Below, piece after piece: positions 58,476-64,000 of a DNA stretch of 64,000 nucleotides (its first letter is position 1; each line of letters opens with the position of its first letter). The translations under genes and the position numbers were made by a program. The stretch lies in the NCBI GenBank assembly GCA_017538795.1, contig JAFYIE010000103.1, positions 111 to 64,110 on the forward strand, given 5' to 3'. The DNA comes from Bacteroidales bacterium. GTDB taxonomy: Bacteria > Bacteroidota > Bacteroidia > Bacteroidales > F082. The notes beneath the pieces were generated by a model. The model searched no databases, had not been told where the DNA came from, and saw only the letters and a list, made by a program, of their open reading frames with translations.

Positions 58476-60659
58476 ATGAAATCAAACGGTAATTACGACT
58501 GGAAATTCTCGACGGTGGGTGGCGTGACACGCGTCAACATCGAGTCGGGACAAGACATCATGCATCTGGATGAACTTGACAGAAAGCTCTGGACAGCGTT
58601 GAGCTGCCCACTGAAAAACCTCGAAATCGACGAGAAGACGATGACGATGCTCGACACTAACGGCGACGGCAAGATTCACATCGAAGAGATTGTGGCGGCT
58701 TCGAAATGGCTCACAAGAATCATCAACGACCCTGAGCTGTTGCTGAAACGCGAGGATTTCATCCCGTTCTCGGCGTTCAACAGGTCGAATGAAGAAGGCT
58801 TGCATCTGCTCGAGACCTCAAAACAAATCCTCGAAAATCTTGGATTAGAGAAAGACAGCATCTCCATCGCCGACGTCTCCGACAGCTTGGCAATCTTCGC
58901 CAAGACACGCTTCAACGGCGACGGCATCATCACCGAGAACTCTGCCGACGACGAGGCTGTCAAAGCTCTCATCAAACACGTTCTTGATTGCATGGGCAAC
59001 GTCACCGACCGCAGCGGCGACCCTGGCGTCAACACCGACCATATCGAGGCGTTCTTCACCGATTTGGCCGACTACACCGCTTGGAAAGAAGCCGGCGACG
59101 CCGACAAAGACAACATCTTCCCTTATGGCGACGACACAGCGGCTGCATTGGCGGCATGCATGGCGGTGAAAGACAAAGTCGAAGACTTCTTCATGCGTTG
59201 CAAACTCGCCTCATTCAACGCCGACAGCGCATCAGTGCTCGACGTCTCGTCGGCGAAGATTGGCGAGATAAGCGGCAACAACCTAGCGGCAAGCACCGAC
59301 GAGATTGCGACATACCCGCTGGCACGCGTCAACGCGGAACATAAACTGCCTCTTGGAAAAGAAATCAACCCGGCATGGGCTGCAGCGATGGCAAATCTCA
59401 AGAAACTCGTCATCGACAAAGAGTTTAAAGACGCCGAATACCTCACAGAGGAACAATGGAATGGCATCTTGGCTAAATTCGCGGCTTACAACGCCTGGAT
59501 GGGTGCCAAGAAAGGCGCCGAAGTGGAAGGCTTGGGCTACGAGACAGCGAAAAATATCCTCGCCGAGAACAAGAAAGAAGTTCTGCTCGACCTTGTGGCA
59601 CAAGACAAAGCCCTCGAAAGCAAGTCGAACGCCATCGACCAGGTCGACAAGATGTTGCATCTCTACAGAGATTTCTTCACCTTGCTGACAAACTTCGTCA
59701 CCTTTGCCGATTTATACTCGCCTGAGAAGAGAGCTATCTTCCAGGCCGGTACTTTGTACATCGACGAGCGTGCCTGCGACCTCTGTATCAAGGTCTCAGA
59801 CATGGGCGCTCAAGGCGCTATGGCTCCGCTGAGCAACATGTATATCCTTTACTGCGACTGCACCTGCAAGAGCAAGCCTGGCACCATGACAATAGCAGCT
59901 GTCGTTACCGATGGCGATGTCGGCTCGATCATGGTTGGGAAACACGCCGTGTTCTACGACCGCGACGGCATCGGCTGGAACGCCACCGTGACAAAGATCG
60001 TGGAGAATCCTATCAGCATCCGTCAGGCATTCTGGCAGCCTTACCGCAAGATGTCGAAGTCGATAGAAGACATGATCAACAAACGCGCGGCCGAGAAAGA
60101 CGCAAAGGTGATGGCCGAAGCCAACACGAAGATTCAAACTGCAGAAATCCCAGCAGAAAAGAAACCAGCAGAGGTGAAGCCTCCGTTCGACATCGCTAAG
60201 TTTGCCGGTATCTTCGCCGCGATAGGCTTAGCGTTAGGCATGGTGGGTGCTGCTATCGGAGGATTGTTTGCATGGCTTGGACTCCACTGGTATCATTGGA
60301 TTATATTATTCGCAGCCATCATTATTATCATTTCTGGTCCTGCAATGGTGATGGCATGGATGAAGCTCCGCAAACGCAACCTCTCGCCGATTTTGAATGC
60401 CAACGGCTGGGCTCTGAACGCCAGAGTGCTTGTCAACGTGAAGTTCGGCGCCACCCTGACGAGCATCGCGAAATATCCTATCGTGAAGACAAAAGACCCG
60501 TTCGCGATGAAGGCTCCTTGGTGGAAGAAACTGCTGAGATGGCTGGTCGTCATCATCTGCCTTGGCGTTATTGCCTATTTCATCTGGCGGCCTAAAGCCG
60601 AACCAAAGGCCGAAGCTGCCGAGCAACCTGTCGAGGTAGTGGAGACACCTGCGAAATAA
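58476..60659 (+). CDS. EF-hand-containing membrane protein of unknown function
   Basis: 727 aa. A canonical EF-hand loop DTNGDGKIHIEE sits near residue 60 and a second degenerate loop is NGDGIITE. A long helical region and a Cys-rich beta segment follow. The C-terminus has three hydrophobic helices. I did not recognise a family. Confidence 0.7.
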   Translation: MKSNGNYDWKFSTVGGVTRVNIESGQDIMHLDELDRKLWTALSCPLKNLEIDEKTMTMLDTNGDGKIHIEEIVAASKWLTRIINDPELLLKREDFIPFSAFNRSNEEGLHLLETSKQILENLGLEKDSISIADVSDSLAIFAKTRFNGDGIITENSADDEAVKALIKHVLDCMGNVTDRSGDPGVNTDHIEAFFTDLADYTAWKEAGDADKDNIFPYGDDTAAALAACMAVKDKVEDFFMRCKLASFNADSASVLDVSSAKIGEISGNNLAASTDEIATYPLARVNAEHKLPLGKEINPAWAAAMANLKKLVIDKEFKDAEYLTEEQWNGILAKFAAYNAWMGAKKGAEVEGLGYETAKNILAENKKEVLLDLVAQDKALESKSNAIDQVDKMLHLYRDFFTLLTNFVTFADLYSPEKRAIFQAGTLYIDERACDLCIKVSDMGAQGAMAPLSNMYILYCDCTCKSKPGTMTIAAVVTDGDVGSIMVGKHAVFYDRDGIGWNATVTKIVENPISIRQAFWQPYRKMSKSIEDMINKRAAEKDAKVMAEANTKIQTAEIPAEKKPAEVKPPFDIAKFAGIFAAIGLALGMVGAAIGGLFAWLGLHWYHWIILFAAIIIIISGPAMVMAWMKLRKRNLSPILNANGWALNARVLVNVKFGATLTSIAKYPIVKTKDPFAMKAPWWKKLLRWLVVIICLGVIAYFIWRPKAEPKAEAAEQPVEVVETPAK

Positions 60660-60680
60660 CAATAAAAGCTATTATCTAAG

Positions 60681-60716
60681 AATGCCGTGGAATTTATTTT
60701 CCGCGGCATTTTTTTA
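60681..60716 (+). terminator. Intrinsic terminator
   Basis: AATGCCGTGGAA (60681..60692) pairs with TTCCGCGGCATT (60699..60710), a 12-bp stem with one G-U pair. A TTTTTT run follows. Confidence 0.78.
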
Positions 60717-60731
60717 TAATTAAAAAATCTG

Positions 60732-60739
60732 TACTTTTG
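60732..60739 (+). promoter_or_regulatory. -7 promoter box TACTTTTG
   Basis: Exact TAnnTTTG, 32 nt upstream of the ATG at 60772. Confidence 0.45.
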
Positions 60740-60771
60740 CCACAAATTTTAAAACAAAAAAATTTAATCAT

Positions 60772-62178
60772 ATGCAAAAAACTTTTAACACTAAAAACAT
60801 AATTCTTTCAATAGTTATCTTGTTGATAACTATAATATTATGGGTTCTGCCGACGGAGTCGTTCGGTATCGACGGACTGACAGTCACGCAGCAACGCACC
60901 ATGGCTATCTTTGTGTTCGCCGCCTTGATGTGGCTGTTTGAGGTCATCCCGGCTTGGGCTACCTCGGTGACGACTATCGTCGCATTGCTTTTTGCCGTGT
61001 CCGACAAAGGCTTCGTGGCCGAAGGCCATGGCGCCGTGGTCAGCTATCGCGAAATCATGGCGTCGTTTGCCGATCCCGTGATAATGTTGTTTTTAGGTGG
61101 CTTTGTGTTGGCTATCGCCGCCAATAAAGTGGGTCTCGACGCTTATCTCGCCCGAACCTTGCTCCGTATCTTCGGCAACAAGCCGAAATACGTGCTTCTC
61201 GGATTGTTGCTGGTACCTGGCACCTTCTCGATGTTTATGTCGAACACCGCCACTGCCGCCATGATGCTCGCATTTATGGCTCCTGTGCTTAAGACCTTGC
61301 CGAAAGACAGCGCCGCTCCCGCCGCACTGACACTCGCCATCCCGATAGCTGCTAACTTCGGTGGACTGGGAACGCCTATCGGCACGCCGCCCAACGCCAT
61401 AGCTCTCGGACAGCTGGCAAAGGTAGGCATCGACATCAGCTTCGGCTCCTGGACAGTTCACATGATTCCTTTCGTGATACTCCTCCTCCTGATAGCATGG
61501 GTCGTGCTGATGCTTTTCTTCCCGATGAAGATGGAAAAATTGGAAATCAATATCGAAGCAACCGACAAATTCAACCGTGATTTCTGGATCGTCGCAATAA
61601 CAATGCCTGTCACGATTTTGCTGTGGGTCACCGAAGGCTGGACGCATTTCGACTCAAACATCGTGGCGTTGGTGCCGTTCGCGGTGTTCTCGATAACGGG
61701 TTTGTTCAAGGAAGACGACTTCGCGAAAATAGAATGGCATATCCTTTGGATGGTGGCTGGCGGCTTCGCCTTGGGTAGCTGTCTCAACGACACTGGCCTG
61801 GCGAAGGTGCTTATCAACGCCATACCGTTCACACATTGGCATGCTGTGGCAGTGGTAATTGGAGCCGGATTTATCATGTACCTGCTCTCGACATTCATCT
61901 CCAACTCTTCGGCAGCGAGCCTGTTTATGCCTGTTCTCGCAGTAGTATCAACCGCCATCAAAGGTGAGCTGACAGCCCTCGGAGGCGCCTCCTCGCTAAT
62001 CCTTTACGTCGCCATCTGCTGCTCTCTGGCAATGACACTGCCAATATCCACCCCGCCTAACGCTATAGCCGCCTCTACCGGTCTCGTAAAAACGAGCCAG
62101 ATGGTGAAGGTGGGCCTGATTTTAGGAATAATCGGCGGAGTGCTGGGATACCTTTTGTTAAAGATATTTCCGTTCTAA
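60772..62178 (+). CDS. DASS/SLC13-family anion:sodium symporter (dicarboxylate/sulfate type)
   Basis: 468 aa and polytopic with an internal repeat. It has two hairpin signature segments (SNTATAAMM..., SNSSAASLFMP) and two PPNAIA motifs. Confidence 0.82.
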   Translation: MQKTFNTKNIILSIVILLITIILWVLPTESFGIDGLTVTQQRTMAIFVFAALMWLFEVIPAWATSVTTIVALLFAVSDKGFVAEGHGAVVSYREIMASFADPVIMLFLGGFVLAIAANKVGLDAYLARTLLRIFGNKPKYVLLGLLLVPGTFSMFMSNTATAAMMLAFMAPVLKTLPKDSAAPAALTLAIPIAANFGGLGTPIGTPPNAIALGQLAKVGIDISFGSWTVHMIPFVILLLLIAWVVLMLFFPMKMEKLEINIEATDKFNRDFWIVAITMPVTILLWVTEGWTHFDSNIVALVPFAVFSITGLFKEDDFAKIEWHILWMVAGGFALGSCLNDTGLAKVLINAIPFTHWHAVAVVIGAGFIMYLLSTFISNSSAASLFMPVLAVVSTAIKGELTALGGASSLILYVAICCSLAMTLPISTPPNAIAASTGLVKTSQMVKVGLILGIIGGVLGYLLLKIFPF

Positions 62179-62204
62179 TAGGCGTGATGAACAACAGATT
62201 TTTG

Positions 62205-62212
62205 TATCTTTG
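62205..62212 (+). promoter_or_regulatory. -7 promoter box TATCTTTG
   Basis: Exact TAnnTTTG. It overlaps the TTG start of the ORF track (62210), which favours the ATG at 62231. Confidence 0.45.
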
Positions 62213-62230
62213 CATCGTAAAAAATTGAGA

Positions 62231-63976
62231 ATGCAAAAGGTAAAACACCTTATATTATATGTGATTCTGGCTTTGTCTGCCGTCAGCTGTGTAAACACTG
62301 ACAGTAAGGTGAAATATGAACCTCAGCCGGGCGACACACTCTACACCGAAAATGCGGCTATGGTTGTTTTCGACCGTAACCCTGAACGTGCGCTGCTGAT
62401 ACTCGATTCGGCGGTGGTTGTCGGCAATCTGGACGAAGATCGCGCTAAGATGTTGCGTGCCAGAGTGCTGAGCCGCTCGACAGCCGACCTGCATTTTGAG
62501 GAAGCTCTCCAGATTTGCGAAGCTCTGATGCAGAGCGATTTTGTTGATAATCCGGTTAATCGCGAGAATGTGCTCGACTTGCTGATCACCATCACACGCC
62601 GACGTGGCGACAATGAGCAATGGGTGCGCTGGTCGACCGAGAAAGTTGACCTTTGTCGTCAGCAAGGCGATGAGACTGAGGCGTTGCGCACCGAAGCCGA
62701 GATAGGGTTCATCTTGGCACAATTAGGCGAAGAGGAGAGAGGTTTGGCCAAACTTAGCGGGGTCATCGGGGCTCTAGACGAGCAACGTCATTTCAACGAA
62801 ATGGATGCCTGCATCATAGCAATCAAACGAAAGATAAATATTTTAGATATTCTCGACAGGACTGAAAACATCATCCCGCTTGCACAGCGCATCATCGACA
62901 AAATCGACGACTACCGCCAACACAGCGACGATTATGCTGACGGCTCGTTCCGTCTGCCGCAAACAGACGAGCAATTCAACGGCTACTGTAATTTCTATAC
63001 CGCTCAGGCTTACTGTTTCCTCGCCAAAGCGTATGCCGAAATAGGAGAGTACGATACAGCCCGTCATTACATGTCGCTGTTCGAAGAAAGTGACTATGGC
63101 AAGACCTTCTCAGGTCGTATGATGGCATCCCGCACATGGTGTATCTTGGGTGATTACGACAAAATGCTTGCCATCTACGACGTAGCGGCCGCGCGCTTAG
63201 GCAACGACACCATGAATCTCGATTTTTCGTCGATGCTTTACAACCGCGCCTTTGCCGCCGAAGCCGCTGGCGATTACCAAGCCTCTACAAGCTACTGGCG
63301 TCGTTATACTGAGATAAAAAATGTTCTCGACAGAAAGCAGCACGAGGGACAAGCATTTCATTACGCAGCGCGCTACAAACTGCAGGAGGAGCGTATGAAC
63401 ACCGAACGCGAACAGGCTAAAGCCAAGCAAAACAAAAGTCTCGCTTTGGCAGGCTTTATCTTGGTGATTTTGTCTGTTGGTTTCATAATCCGACTGTTGA
63501 TACAACGCCACGCCATCGACCGCAAAAACCGTGTGCTCACCGAGCAGATGATAGAGGCTGTTAAATATAAAAAGGAAATATCCCAAAAACTCCAAACTTC
63601 ACACTTCAAACTCCAAACTCGAGCCGTGGAGGAGCTTAACGATGAACAGCTGTTCGATTATCTTAGCAATGTCATCCGTCGCGAGGAGCTGTTCCTCAAC
63701 CACAGCTTCGGCCGTCAGGTGCTTATGGATCGCTTCCATATAAACGAGCGTCGTATCGGTGCTGCTTTCTCGTGTTGTGAAGGCTTGCCTGATTTCATCC
63801 GCGACTTGCGTCTGGAATATGCTTGCCAGCTGATTACCGACAATCCGGAGATGACCATCAGCGAGGTGGCGACTGCCTCGGGATTCTCAAACCTCACCGT
63901 CTTCGGTCGCGACTTCAAGCGTAAATATGAGGTTACCCCGACGTATTTTAGAAGTCAAATGACAGCTAAAAAGTAG
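62231..63976 (+). CDS. One-component transmembrane regulator: lipoprotein signal, TPR sensor domain, TM helix, C-terminal AraC-type HTH
   Basis: The signal is MQKVKHLILYVILALSAVSC. TPR-like repeats are followed by the TM helix LALAGFILVILSVGFIIRLLI. The C-terminus ISEVATASGFSNLTVFGRDFKRKYEVTPTYFR is an AraC/XylS HTH. Confidence 0.8.
   Translation: MQKVKHLILYVILALSAVSCVNTDSKVKYEPQPGDTLYTENAAMVVFDRNPERALLILDSAVVVGNLDEDRAKMLRARVLSRSTADLHFEEALQICEALMQSDFVDNPVNRENVLDLLITITRRRGDNEQWVRWSTEKVDLCRQQGDETEALRTEAEIGFILAQLGEEERGLAKLSGVIGALDEQRHFNEMDACIIAIKRKINILDILDRTENIIPLAQRIIDKIDDYRQHSDDYADGSFRLPQTDEQFNGYCNFYTAQAYCFLAKAYAEIGEYDTARHYMSLFEESDYGKTFSGRMMASRTWCILGDYDKMLAIYDVAAARLGNDTMNLDFSSMLYNRAFAAEAAGDYQASTSYWRRYTEIKNVLDRKQHEGQAFHYAARYKLQEERMNTEREQAKAKQNKSLALAGFILVILSVGFIIRLLIQRHAIDRKNRVLTEQMIEAVKYKKEISQKLQTSHFKLQTRAVEELNDEQLFDYLSNVIRREELFLNHSFGRQVLMDRFHINERRIGAAFSCCEGLPDFIRDLRLEYACQLITDNPEMTISEVATASGFSNLTVFGRDFKRKYEVTPTYFRSQMTAKK
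63588..63622 (-). repeat. AGTT-core heptamer array (5 units) embedded inside the regulator CDS, antisense to it
   Basis: Plus-strand cores are AACT 63588, AACT 63595, CACT 63602, AACT 63609 and AACT 63616. The minus strand reads GAGTTTG GAGTTTG AAGTGTG AAGTTTG GAGTTTT. It is translated as KLQTSHFKLQTR. Confidence 0.7.
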
Positions 63977-64000
63977 AAAATCGTTCGATTTTTTGTGTTT

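Noticed and set aside
1-64000. Search for tRNA, rRNA, tmRNA, integrase, transposase, prophage or toxin-antitoxin/defence modules
   Set aside because: By eye I found no cloverleaf-like or GTTCGAATC-type T-arm sequences and no rRNA-like stretches. No CDS has recombinase, transposase, capsid or terminase motifs, or typical defence motifs (restriction enzymes, Cas, abortive infection). The only mobile-looking sequences are the ORF-less repeat elements and the GIY-YIG gene.

Overview
The window is a chromosomal segment that looks like Bacteroidota, probably an anaerobic Bacteroidales. The evidence is five proteins with T9SS C-terminal sorting domains, gldF/gldG, exact TAnnTTTG -7 promoter boxes upstream of most genes, and GTCATTCCGAGCG-type repeats. 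Gene density is high, with about 42 CDSs.

Housekeeping genes:
- asd-ribF-C69 dipeptidase, recJ, purH, mreBCD, meaB, glnA, ssb, dnaG, apt
- a pseudouridine synthase
- a MacAB-type ABC efflux set with HlyD and TolC partners

Accessory content:
- Two tandem giant T9SS-sorted proteins (2096 and 2783 aa, 23% of the window) built from gingipain/HagA-type cleaved-adhesin modules plus an unassigned repeated module.
- A five-gene O2/ROS detoxification cluster: DHOD-like flavoprotein, a 52-aa rubredoxin missing from the ORF track, a flavin-reductase-rubredoxin fusion, a flavodiiron protein and SOD.
- A secreted S8 protease, a secreted EEP nuclease/phosphatase and a lamin-tail-domain protein.
- A 727-aa EF-hand membrane protein of unknown family.
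- Two paralogous lipoprotein-TPR/TM/HTH regulators, one at each window edge.

I found no rRNA, tRNA, CRISPR array, integrase, transposase or obvious multi-gene defence system.

The most unusual signals are non-coding:
1. A family of strict 7-bp-period AGTT-core tandem arrays at 10 or more gene boundaries. They fill entire intercistronic spacers, abut -7 boxes, pair as a bidirectional terminator, and once sit inside a CDS.
2. A REP/MITE-like repeat family with 27-bp perfect inverted arms that brackets a GIY-YIG nuclease gene and also occurs as solo arms inside or at the ends of CDSs.

All functional calls rest on motif recognition by eye. No searches were run.
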